NCBI GenBank assembly: GCA_002633005.1
Contig: NMRA01000108.1
Location: 761,855-825,854 of the forward strand
Length of the DNA stretch: 64,000 bases
Source: Phoronis australis
Lineage: Eukaryota; Animalia; Phoronida
Direction of reading: 5' to 3'
Numbering within the stretch: the first letter of the stretch is position 1; each line of letters opens with the position of its first letter. The notes under the pieces are model-generated. The model saw only the letters and a list, made by a program, of their open reading frames with translations, made no database searches and had not been told where the DNA came from. This document shows, piece after piece, positions 24,101 to 34,700 of this stretch. The translations under genes were made by a program, and so were the position numbers.

Positions 24101-24480
24101 CGAAAGGCCCTTCAATTATTGATATCAAGGCATGTGTCTCTGCAGGGGCTGGGTTGCAAAATGCACTACTATGTATACAAATTAGTGCAAAGCGTCATAG
24201 TTTTGTAGGTGGCACTACAACATGGCTATCCAAACAATGGTCAGTACAAGTGGTGTGGACCAGACCCTTGCCCCCATCTCTCTGGATCTGCCCCAGTAGA
24301 TTAACAAAATGAAAATGCCCAAAACTCACTTTTCACTTTTGTTACGACATTGGTAAGTCTTTCAATGTAACTGTCAGCATCTTTATCCGTTTTGAAAATC
24401 TTGTCTCTCTTCAAAACAGCAACTTTTACCATATCACAAAGTTCCAGGGCAGTCTTGCAGGATTCCTCAACTGACGCCAT
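8961..24480 (-). CDS. Multi-exon gene: TPR + Kelch repeats + C-terminal MYND zinc finger protein (whole span)
   Basis: Exons 24480-24330, 23143-22951, 19516-19338, 18647-18552, 17002-16816, 14315-14117 (duplicated at 15563-15365), 13008-12867, 11441-11350, 9138-8961; all GT-AG and in phase except the 12867->11441 junction, which spans an assembly break. Confidence 0.82.
9480..10527 (-). mobile_element. HINE/Helentron-like non-autonomous element with ~150-bp internal repeats
   Basis: Terminal ccacacataaatatgtgggcgcata hairpin end and repeated ccactagggggcac / tttcatga units shared with 17130-18477, 52274-52514 and 63333-64000; left boundary approximate. Confidence 0.7.
11350..11441 (-). CDS. 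Penultimate exon of TPR-Kelch-MYND gene
   Basis: ttatttcag acceptor, TG|gtgagt donor; only open frame is RCFHVC...YLYFNDLVVLKSNK, in phase with the MYND exon. Confidence 0.65.
11705..12310 (+). mobile_element. Kolobok-type DNA transposon, left end with THAP ORF; cut by assembly n at 12311
   Basis: TTAA at 11701-11704 then aggcgaaggcaacc TIR, near-identical to 54905 copy; ORF from 11965 MPHCCCVPEC...LHRFP...WL...VCGKHF...AIPSV (THAP C2CH). Confidence 0.85.
12867..13008 (-). CDS. Kelch exon
   Basis: ctacacag|GTC...TTT G|gtgagt; VSFPASHDQPDPRYEFAFWHNESQGTLSVFSGNPG..., phase 0 with preceding exon. Confidence 0.8.
14117..14315 (-). CDS. Kelch exon (copy 1)
   Basis: ctcctcag acceptor, gtatgt donor; VLDQLFTFNLQSRSW...RHDHGGCIHKDKMYIFGG...NEVNFLDIKAKNWKR. 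Confidence 0.85.
14752..15221 (+). mobile_element. Left part of a hAT-like insertion, truncated at assembly n (15222)
   Basis: Begins cagggctcgacgct with repeated ccaggtcgca subterminal motifs exactly where the duplicate copy (16000) has an empty site. Confidence 0.65.
15365..15563 (-). CDS. Kelch exon (copy 2; probably allelic/assembly duplicate of 14117-14315)
   Basis: Near-identical exon (one K/M difference) inside duplicated block 15223-16000. Confidence 0.7.
16665..16760. repeat. ~31-bp minisatellite, about 3 units
   Basis: gaattcc(t/c)..gcactcacccccatga.gca repeated. Confidence 0.7.
16816..17002 (-). CDS. Kelch exon
   Basis: tatttcag|GT...AC|gtgagt; QHGKQVFSSVFFGDLFSFNLETREWS...PTPCSGALLCYYNGSLYLHGGSNDY. 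Confidence 0.87.
17130..18477 (-). mobile_element. HINE/Helentron-like element copy with nested MITE
   Basis: Same terminus (cccaca...tgtgggcac) and ~147-bp periodic units as the other copies; left boundary approximate. Confidence 0.7.
18222..18377. mobile_element. 156-bp MITE with 14-bp TIRs and 6-bp TSD, nested in the HINE-like element
   Basis: cagtgctgtagtgg...ccactacagcactg flanked by atcctg/atcctg; paralogous empty site gatcctgcaag near 10431. Confidence 0.85.
18552..18647 (-). CDS. First Kelch exon
   Basis: ttgttttag|GA...GGA G|gtttgt; KWRLCSTSGSQPSARSFTAHVQVGKLLYVYGG. Confidence 0.86.
19338..19516 (-). CDS. TPR-region exon
   Basis: ccgttgtcag|C CCT...AAA G|gtaact; PHFIDTYMIKYQVY...AVQELKKAL. 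Confidence 0.82.
21058..21512 (-). mobile_element. hAT-like MITE (CAGGGCTTGGAAT family), one TIR eroded
   Basis: Ends ccgcggaaaattccaagccctg; reverse-complement match to 48496-49006. Confidence 0.78.
21926..22796. mobile_element. Non-autonomous element with ~160-bp terminal hairpin and short inverted repeat (family uncertain, Crypton-like)
   Basis: Imperfect palindrome 21926-22087 centred on cccgaggggcgttagccccgaggg; ttataccaca (~22089) inverted to tgtggtataa (~22786). Confidence 0.55.
22637..22700 (+). pseudogene. tRNA-like (SINE head) fragment
   Basis: A-box-like tggtgtagtgg and B-box-like gggtttgacccc at tRNA spacing; no complete cloverleaf. Confidence 0.45.
22951..23143 (-). CDS. TPR exon
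   Basis: ctcttttag|CA...AG|gtaaat; VLARLYTARA...ALSDCAEAMFL(S)P, a TPR-like pattern joining in phase to PHFIDTY. Confidence 0.83.
23940..24110. mobile_element. Small Harbinger-like MITE
   Basis: acctttcgcac...gtgcgaaaggcc imperfect TIRs. Confidence 0.45.
24330..24480 (-). CDS. First coding exon of TPR-Kelch-MYND gene
   Basis: gaagATGGCG start context; MASVEESCKTALELCDMVKV...VTKVK A|gtgagt, phase 1 matching next exon. Confidence 0.75.
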
Positions 24481-25444
24481 CTTCAGGAGTATATGGCGGG
24501 CCTCTCAAAAATTAGGTTCTCATCAGTAGATTCCTGTTGCCACTACCTGGCACCAAGTGGTGACTAATGGTAGAAGACGTGCTTGTTCAATACTGAAATT
24601 CAAATTGAAAATGAACCTAAGATTGAAACAGAAAAAACGCAGTAATTCTACCACAGGCAACTTGGGTTGATAATTGTTCAAAATATGATAAAAGATAACA
24701 ATTCCTATTAACAGCCGATACGATTTTTCATGCTAGGTAAATCTTCAATCATGACAATTTACGATTTATCATCACAGAGCAAAAGAAGGTTTCCCCTGAA
24801 GGTTTCCCTGAATGACACTTCGAGCGATGATCATTTATCATCAGCCTGTAATGAATTCACATCAACCAAAATGGGGGTGTATCAACCGGTGTATCAAGGG
24901 GTGGGAAAAGTTTCCATATGCGTGCTTCAAAATTCCAGCTATGACCTTCCAAGAACAGGACTAAGAGCAAAGATCAAACCCTAGACCTGCAAAAATGAAA
25001 TAAACTTCATGGTTCAAATTCATACATGAAATAACAGTAAACAACTCTTAGAACTAACATAGCAATCAGAAGAAATTCACTATTGTTTCTGCCATATATG
25101 ATGACGGTCATGTGCGTCTGCCAACTGTTCTGAGAATGACCACTATGTCATCTTGTTTACTATAAAGAAATCAAAACATATGCGGATGACAAATGGCCAT
25201 TGAATTAATCACTCAAATGAAACAAAAACAAGTTACAGTACCATAATTACACGAGAAACATGTTAGCAAAGTAATAATACCATCAAAACTAACATACGCT
25301 GTAAAAACATATCACATATTTCATGACACTTTGAGAACCAGATTGAGTGCAAAAAACTGGTTCTCAAAATGTGGGAGCCCCATTACCGTTTGTGCTGCGG
25401 AGAAGTCATGCAACCACATCTGGTAAAGTTATCACTATTTGTAG

Positions 25445-25614
25445 CAGGGCTTGGAATGACAAATGGCGAAAAACGCGGAAATTTTTACGGCCCGAAACAT
25501 GCGCGCAGGCAGCCTTGAAAAAGTCGGTGTGGACCTTTTTTGCCGACAAAAATCGAGAGGACTAAAAAAAAAAACGGTACCACCTCCGGAAGCGTGCGTC
25601 TGTCTTAGCTCGTC
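25445..25614 (-). mobile_element. hAT-like MITE (CAGGGCTTGGAAT family), runs into N-gap
   Basis: cagggcttggaatgac... is the reverse complement of the 3' part of 48496-49006. Confidence 0.8.
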
Positions 25615-25753
25615 NNNNNNNNNNNNNNNNNNNNNNNNNNNNNNNNNNNNNNNNNNNNNNNNNNNNNNNNNNNNNNNNNNNNNNNNNNNNNNNNNNNNNN
25701 NNNNNNNNNNNNNNNNNNNNNNNNNNNNNNNNNNNNNNNNNNNNNNNNNNNNN
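25615..25753. other. Assembly gap
   Basis: Run of n. Confidence 1.
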
Positions 25754-28700
25754 CTCTCCGTTTTAACGTTGATCATCGTCAATACACCTCCAAAAATTGC
25801 ACATCGTCTTTGCGCAAACTACATTGAGATTTAAGTCTCCCGAAAAAAGTTGACGATCGGATAGTGTTTAAAAGTCTAATTCTAAATTTCTCCAGTTAGT
25901 GCACAAATGAAGTAAAAGAAAGTAGTTCTGCTTGTCGCGTCAGCTGTTGGTATCATTATCTCGATTTATGACCCACAACGCGTGACTGGACAAAGCCTTT
26001 TCAATTTAGCCGGTGGAGCGTGAGACCCCTGAGGTCCCAATCGAGTCCTCACGACAACTTCGCGTTATGATGAGGCCTAATTCACTTCCGGCTTCACCCT
26101 CTCTACAGCCTACAGGGGCCTGAGCTAGATACGGTGGCCCATTCACTTTCTAGTCCAAATAAAGACCACTCTGATGAAAAATAGCTGCCCATGCCAAGAC
26201 ACACTGAAAATGAAGACCAAGGGAAAACAGTGTCTCATACAATATCGCAAGACAAAAACAATAAGTGTGCTTTATCCATTTTACAATGAACTTAGAGTGG
26301 TGATTCAGTCACAGAAGATACAAATTTATAAAGCGCTTGTGATTTTAACAGATTGTAAACAATAACTGGAACTAATTACTCCGATATAAGTACAGGTGTG
26401 TTCTTTTACAAACCTGAAAAAAGTCGCGAAATGAGAGCAAAAGTCGCGTTCAGGTGATTTCGGGCGAGTCGACTTCTTGACTGTCCAAAAGGCTAAGTCA
26501 AGACAAAGTCATCATTGAGCCCGACGGCAACGCCAACAGGCACGTCTAAAACAGTAACGCTAACTAACACTACTGGCCAAGTTCATGCGGTGGTAATGTT
26601 TTTCTATTATTGGAAAATAGGCATACATGCCCTGCGGCTACGGACGCCGCAGCCACAGGCGTGCAGGCATTACGTAATCAGCCAACTGGCCAACAATGAA
26701 CAATAGGCTACAACTGGAATGGATGAATGCCCTCAAACGAGATTCATCTAAGGTTGTAAAAGCTTTTATCCGCGGATTACCGCACCCGGAGCTCACTCGC
26801 CGACCCATGACATAAACAAAAAAGGCGTTCTTCTGACCTGTTATTGCAAACCTTCTAGCATCCTAGGTTAGACTGTCCTCGTGTTATGGACCGTCTGCTT
26901 TAGATTATACCATTTTGGAGAGAGATTGAAATAGTAATTACCCATTTTACAATTCATCGCGAAGACATAAGCTTTTCATTGAAATTTTTTACACCAAATG
27001 ACAATGGAAAGATGAATAATATATTATCGAGACAAAAATATAATGAAATACGAACTTCATAATACATTCTTTTAATTTCTTATCCCTTTGTATGGACTCG
27101 TCTATTTTATGGATTTCCTTTCGCTGAACAGGGTGATGTCCAATCAAAACTGATGTTGTGTATGTAGGTTGGCAGAAAGGGAAAGTTCCTGGCCGTGGTT
27201 ATCGTTTGCAGCTGTCAGCTGTTTGCTGCGCTAATTTCGGGACCTTTGGTGCCAAACGTGGCACCGTCAAGGTGGGTATTTGACTCATTTAGTCTTGAGG
27301 CAGTGCCAGGCAATACTGCGTGAGAATTCATAGTCGGATTGTCGTGAAGAAAGTGCAGGGTTGCATTGCACAGTGCACTGTTCGAACTTAGAAACACAGG
27401 CCAAGGAACACGGTCATAGTGAGGTCGACAAGCTAATACTCTATATTTTTAATGGGGGTGTCGGCTGGAAAATTAATACACCCACCATTTAGACGGTGGA
27501 ACCAAAAAAGGAACTCATGTAAAAGTCACCTTTTCAACTAGCCTTGGTACAAAGCTGTATAGGCCTATTATGTTTTGTATTTTGACGATAGTCTTCATAC
27601 AGCTAGCTGGCTACTTTTCAACATTCTTGTAGAGTTTTGTTCCAGAATCTAGAAACACCACCCTTTGCCTTGGCTTTTGTAAGAGTATAAGCTGTTAATT
27701 CCACACATAAACCGTTAACCCTTTAGTATATTCTTGACCAACTACATTTTTAACCCATTGGTACACGAGATGACATTTGTTGTCAAAAAGGAGAACATAT
27801 GCAAGCAACGCCTGAAATATCGGACATTTTGACACATTATTATCAGAATGGACAAACTGTGTTTTCACAAGCCTACAAATATGTAGATTGTTAAGGAAAC
27901 TTAGTTGAGCTCCTGTTTGGGACTGCTTCATGCAACTGGGCACATGTTGCCATGTACGCCTTACAGCAGTGAACTGTCTAACCATGTGATGGCCGCGGAC
28001 GCATTGTCGCATTGTCATCAAATTGCAACAAGTGCATTTTGATATATTTGCTGCCAGAAAATAACTCTCTTAGCAACAATGGTATGTATGAAATATCATT
28101 TGATGAAAAAAATCAGACAGTGCAGATGGCCAACTAAAAGCACAACTTTCAATCTCACTGCAGTGCAAAGTATGTTCTTGCTCCCTTGAGCCGTGTGCTG
28201 TTGCCTGGATTCGACTTAAGCTTAAAGGAACAATATCACTGAGAAAAACAATTTTCTGGAACAAGCATCAACCTAGACTGTGTGCAGTCACAGTGTAACA
28301 CTCTGATGATGGAGCTAAATCCCATCTTTTACATAGCGGAATATTTGAGTGTATTTTAGTGACGAAGACACTAAGCCTTGATTTCAGTGAATATCTGGGA
28401 GACAACGGTGAAAATTGACGATTTGTTCTAAACTCACGAAAACAGATTTTGTTGTTTTATAGCTCTAGTCAAAGCTAATAACTTCAAAAAGTCTATTCTG
28501 TTCAGCGAAAATCCCCACAATGCATTTTCAGCTGTAAAACTGACAATGTCCCATAAATACCTGCACATGAAAAAATCAAACAGTGTAGGGTTGTCAGTTC
28601 ATTCGAGTGTTTTGATTGTGAAGAAAGGTTTTAGGTACCACTTTAAACTGTTTATGGGCTCACCCACTTTGGGCTGACTTGGGAGTCTAAACTGCGTCCT

Positions 28701-29256
28701 TTCTTGGCAAAATCAAAACGAGGCTATGGTGTAAAAAGCCAGACAGTATTGGAGGTTGAATTCCAGTTGCATTATATGCAAGTTGATATCATTTATTTCT
28801 CAGATTTTGTTTCAAGGAAGGTTTCACAAAATGTCCAAGTTTTAGGTCCGTCTAATTTGTGGTACTACATACACTTTGTGTACAGGTTATTTTCTTTAGA
28901 TTTGTGTAGTTGGAAAAAGGGACCTTCTGTAGGGTTTGAACTCCTAAAGTGAACCCTTCTAAATGAGCGGCTTGTAGAGACTATTTTCTGTGATCACATT
29001 GGAGGATTGGTTTATGGAACTTCCCAAGTTTGAGGTCCTGACATGGTAGTGTTAATTGGCATGTGTTACTTTATGTGGGTGTGCCTTTCAAATTTGATAT
29101 GTTGGCAACAGAATGTACATCGCCTGGATAATAAAAAATCTGTTTATGTATCCAGGTTCTCTGCTACATTGTATCATGGAGTAGGTATGACCCTATCCAT
29201 TTAAATTCCATTCGGCACCAAGGGGTTTATCTGTGGAATAAACTTCAATGTGTAAC

Positions 29257-30281
29257 AGTGCTTTCCCATTAGGGTAACTTTGGTTTACCGAAGCTTCGTC
29301 GAAACTTCACTGAAACTTCGCTTATCTTTCCCACTTAACAAGCGCTATCGAAGTTATCACTGTGACAACAGACGACGCAGTTCATTCGTACTCTCAACAG
29401 AGTACTGAGTAGTGGGTTCAAGGCTTACTGAAAATTGTTTGCCTATCATTTAGGAGTGTTTATAAAAATGATCAGTGTCTGTCTTTCTCTGCTGCTTTCT
29501 TTTATTTATATACGTCCGTCTATTGAGAGTAAATGCCCTTTCATATTGACTTAACTCCGGTCTGAGCGGAGCGTCGATGTAAACAGCGCAGTTAACTGGA
29601 CCGTTCATACTGACTTTGGTAGTTAATGACCATCGAAGCAAAGGGTTGGTGACGCTGAAGTCATCGAAGTTATCGCAAGGTAGCGCTAAGATTTTTTTCA
29701 GTGTGACAATTTGGAACATTTAAATGTGTTAAGTGACATTATACTCATTTTTAAATCGATTGGTTATCATTAAAGCAAAAAATAAGTACTTATTAGTGAC
29801 GGCACTGCTCTGTAACTGTTGATGATAACAGTGGCACCTGGCGATAACTTCGATTGGACCGGAGTTGAGCGTTCATACTGCACCGCAACGTCAACGCTGC
29901 GGTCTTAAATCCACCTATTAACTGCGATGTAAACTGGAGCTCTTAACTGCGATCCAGGACCGGAGTTAAGCGTTCATACTGACCGCAACTTCCCAAACCA
30001 TCGATGCGTCGACGTTAGTATGAAAGGCCGTTAAGTCGGCTACGCTACAATAACAAAGAACACTTTTTGCGAGTCTCGCGTGGTCGTATGTCGTTGCTGC
30101 AACCTCTACCATTAACTTCGACGAAGCTTCACTTTAGTGTTCCCAATACACTGAAGCTTCGGTGAGAACCAAAGCTTCACTTAAGGGAAGTTTCGCTTGC
30201 AGATTAACTACCGGAGTTAACCTTTCCCACTAACCAAAACTTCGGTAAAAGAGAAGTTTTGTTTCTAATGGGAAAGTAACT
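29257..30281. mobile_element. Harbinger-like non-autonomous element with a second one nested inside (~29534-30030)
   Basis: Outer TIR gtgctttcccattag / ctaatgggaaagtaac with repeated gaagcttc motifs; inner TIR gccctttcatattga / ttagtatgaaaggcc. Confidence 0.55.
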
Positions 30282-31578
30282 TAAGATGTTGTCCAGTTTA
30301 GATGGTGATACTGTCTAGTCAAAATATTGTTACTTTTAGCATTGCACTTACATTTCGTATGTTACGAATTTGTTATTTGATGCTTGGTAAGTCTTGTATT
30401 GACGTTCTGTGCATGGTCTTGTCTTTTGTATTCTACGTCTTCCTTCGCACTTTCACGAGCACCTGTTCTATTGTTTTGATTTTTTAACTGCTTCACGCTA
30501 TCTAAAGAACTCAAAAGTTGCATAAAACGACAATGAAATAATCATTTAGAAAGCTTTTGTACAGTGCTTTTGAAATTTTCACCTTGAATACGTATATCAA
30601 ATGAAATTTGATCATTTTATGAATACCATTGTTTTGCTATCAATGCACATTTTTGCTAAATTTTACTAATAAAAAAACATGGTCACTTGATCCAATTAAC
30701 GACAAATTGGTTTATGTCAAAAATCAAATTGTGCAGGCTTTTTACTTGAAGAAATTTTTCTCTTTTAGTGAACTAAAATCTTTTGCTTTGTACCTTGTCC
30801 AAATACACGGGTTTGTCCATTAAAGTGCAAATATTTTTTTCAAAAAGTAACAATGACTTTTGCATTGATCAGCTTGTCCCTATAAACTCAATCAGTGGGA
30901 GTGCCCCCCCCCCCCGGGATATCCTAGACAATCTAAAAGCTGCATCGCTCTTCAACAGTTTTTCAGTGCTGCTAGTCCACCTCTGCCGTGAGCAGTGCAA
31001 GTGTTCTGAATATTAGCGTTCTGTCTCAAATTGTTTTCACACTGGCTTTGACTCATATTTCCCTGAGTGTGATTTTCTTATCTAATGACACTTTGTTTCT
31101 GATGTGAACTGCAGCCCATTTCTTACGAACACCACTTACTGGTGAGAATAGAACATCGTTAGTTGTGCTGTTTATGAGAGAGAAAGCCTAGTTATCCTGT
31201 TATTGTTGTGTATCCTGACAATTTCCTGACCGTTATTTATTCTCACTTTCATTCGGTCCCAATGTTACTTGGAGTGATGTCATTTAACAAGGGCTTAGTC
31301 CAATCTAAAAGCATTCTTGTGATGAAATATAGTTTCATTGTAACCCTTTTGTAAATTACAGACGGTCGTTTGTCAAAGCTAGACGTGCGTCTAATGAGAT
31401 CCCATCAGATGAATTTGCTATAGTTGAGCTTCATTGATTGGACGACTGATGGACTCAAGACCCTCGTAGATTCTCGATGACTCTTCCTCACGGCAGTGTC
31501 ATAAGGATCTTGTATTGTTTGCCGATGGTCTGAGTTTAGCCGCTGGTCAACGTGTCAGCAGTACTATTCTCTCCCAAA

Positions 31579-31725
31579 ATGAAGTCCCTACTCTTCGTAT
31601 GTGTACTGGTCTCCAAGTGGTCGGTATCCGAGAACCAGTTCAGCTACTTAACCAAGGAAGAGGATGGTACTATCGCCGGTGACGTGCAGAACTGGGCGGT
31701 TCTCATGCAGAACTATATTCTTCAG
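31579..31725 (+). CDS. alpha2delta/CACHD1-like exon 1 (signal peptide)
   Basis: aaaATGAAG; MKSLLFVCVLVS...WAVLMQNYILQ|gtagga. Confidence 0.8.
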
Positions 31726-34700
31726 GTAGGAGCTCATTGTTCACAATGGTGGGTCAGTGGAAGTCATTTAATAAAATGGAGTTTGTTCCTGAAAATGGTT
31801 GTGCCTCGAAGAATTCAGAATCTGGATCAGTAAAAAAACAGACAATTGTCGCGCAAATGAAGAAGTTCATATTAATTCGACGTTTCGTCTATTCATTAGA
31901 CATCATCAGGATACAAACAATCAGACATCAAGTGTTGACATGCGAACTTCTTCATTTGTGCGCCGATTGTCTGTTTTTTGGACCAGTGCAATTTAAAAAA
32001 GTGTGTCCCTATGATACTAGCTTTGTTCAGCGAGCAAGTGTTCATTCAAAAAGTTTATGCTATCACTTACGATTACTCTGCCAGGGGATATCAATTTTCA
32101 GAAAATGACGACACCTTTGACATGGAGCAAAATGAAAATGTTTATGGGCAAGTGTGTGGTTGAAATAGTGCAAATTTACGTTACGATGATAGTTAATCAC
32201 GACCCATTTTTGAGGAGATGCATGGACCTCTTGTTAGCTCGTTCTGCGTCAATCGACCCCTAGCTCTTCCAACTGCAAATTGGTGGCATGGCTAAAGTGA
32301 TCATCTCAGCTGCACTTGTGAAACTTCAGCATTAGGAAAAACCCTTCGTACAGTTCTTTAACGTAGTGAGTGTATAAAATTACCCAATTTCTAATTCTGT
32401 TGTTGGAGGGGGGGGGGGGGGAAGTTGAAAGGGACAAAACGCATTTCTTTCATTCACCTACACTGAGACGTCGTACAATTTCTATGTGAATCACTTGAGT
32501 ATCCCATCGCCCAACAGCAGCATTTTGACAGTGTGATGATTGCAAAGAATTCACATAAAATGCTGGGAAATGTCCCTACTGCATGACATCCATAAGAGGA
32601 CATAACACTGTCCACCAAGCTATCCTATCTCCATCTAGTGACAAGACGCATTTCGTTGTCACCGTTGTGTGAACAAAGGGCTATTACATCATTCTTATAT
32701 GATACCGTGCGTATGCTAAGGGGAACTTCTGATTAGGCTGTCCACAATGAAATTTCCGTTACCTCCTTCCCTACCCTTTCTACTCTGACACGACAAGGTT
32801 GTTGGTAAAATAATTTCCTTCCGATTTTCCCCGTTTTGGGCACACTCGATTTTATTACAAAACATTTACAGTGGGGATTTTGTCCTGTTAAGCTGGCTAA
32901 AAACAAAAATCGAATTATGGCCCTCTGCTGTCACAAAATCGGCCACATTCCTTGCCGTGTTAGTGTTCTCTTTCCCTTACCAACAGCTACTTGTTCATAC
33001 CATGTTGGCAGCGGAAAGAGAATCCGATCATAGTAAGGAATATTAAGAGACCAATTCTATACGAGTGGAGTTTGGTTTTTAACCAGCTCAACATGACAAA
33101 ATGTGGTTTTAATTTTTGCATCCGAAAAAAATTATCAGATTGTAAATAAGATGATTTGAGTCGCGCACGTGTTTTTAGTTGAGCATACAAATGAATACAA
33201 TTTCAACTTCAGCTGGCAAGTGACGGTATTCGACGCGATTTTACGCAACAACTATTTGATCAAGCGGAGTACACGTTAGAGATAAAGAATGGCACGAAAG
33301 TTGTGGTTGAAGTGAAGAAGTCCCTGGATCGGTACTTCTCTAACAAAAAAGCGGCCGCTCAGGTAAGACTGCTTCGGGTTCGTTGTCTGTCGTTGTTAGT
33401 CTAGGGACCAGTTTTGTGGAGCTTTTCTGTGGCAAAGCTTCACATTTGTGCAGTCTTTTGAATTCAAGTTATCCAAGGTAATGAGAATTGCTTTTGCATC
33501 TAAAAGTGGGAAATGTGCCATTTGTGGGGAAGCGTGCCATTTTTGGTCTCGCCAACTTCTCACAAATACTTTGCTTCTAATAGTCATAAAATCATTTCGT
33601 TTGTTGTAATGAATTATGCCTCGCCAGTCGCCTACTTTAAAATTTTAGAAATTGTTAAATTTGTGTGGTCTTAAAGTTGGATGGCTTGTGTTGCCAGTAT
33701 CTAAACTGTCTTTTGGTCTTGAAAGAAAAAATGACAAATTTCTCTTTCCAATTGAAGATTTTTATGCGTCCACATANAGTAGAAATTTGTTTCTGGCATT
33801 CTAATGCTGTGCTAATCTCGTATGTTGGTAAATTTGTTTTTAATTCTATGTTTCTGTGGTGCTTTAAGCAACTGGTGTATAGGATGTGCTTGTATTATGA
33901 AGATTACTCACATTTTGCCCCTAGCCTATTGAGGAGACAATGACCATGCCTTTCCATTTTGCAAAGTACAACATACTACATATATGCCCTCTACTGGCCA
34001 CTTTATGGTACCAATAAACAACCCTAGAAGGATACCGTATGGGGTGCAATTGTGGGCGCATTTCAACGCTCTGCGTTGCTCTTGTTTCTGTTGGGGTAGT
34101 TTGTTCTTAAAATTAGGCAGGATTTTACAACATGACCAATGACATAAATAATGTTAAGCCTGTCATATTTTCATGGTCTCCTGTTATTTGTTGGATTTCC
34201 CGGCTGACTACGCTAATTTGTCACTTGTTTTGCAAAAAATATTTGCCAAAATTGTAGTTTTCCCATTCTTCAAAGCCTCATTACTTTACATCAAATAATG
34301 GAAAATTTACCAAAAGTTGTTTCAAGACATCTACACAATACAAACCATGCTAGTAATAAACTAGTTTTCTTGATCCTTATTTTTGAGAAGAAATTTGACA
34401 ACATAGAATTTCAATCTTCGGCCATATTGTGTGCTATATAAGTGAATAATTACCTTAGCACTGATTATCATGTTCACTGTGCTGTGTTAGCTGGGAAACC
34501 TGTTAAAAATTTTGAAACACAAATAATACGAAGGGTGTTGCTCTAGATTGGTATCACCCCACATAGTGGAGACTGTGTGGTCTATCCATTGAACACAACT
34601 GCAATTGGTGCGTCACAGAAGTTTGTACCCTTACAAGCAGGTTAAAGCTCAATCTTGTCCGACCTAGTAGCTCGAGGATGGGGGATATAAAAAATTTGTA

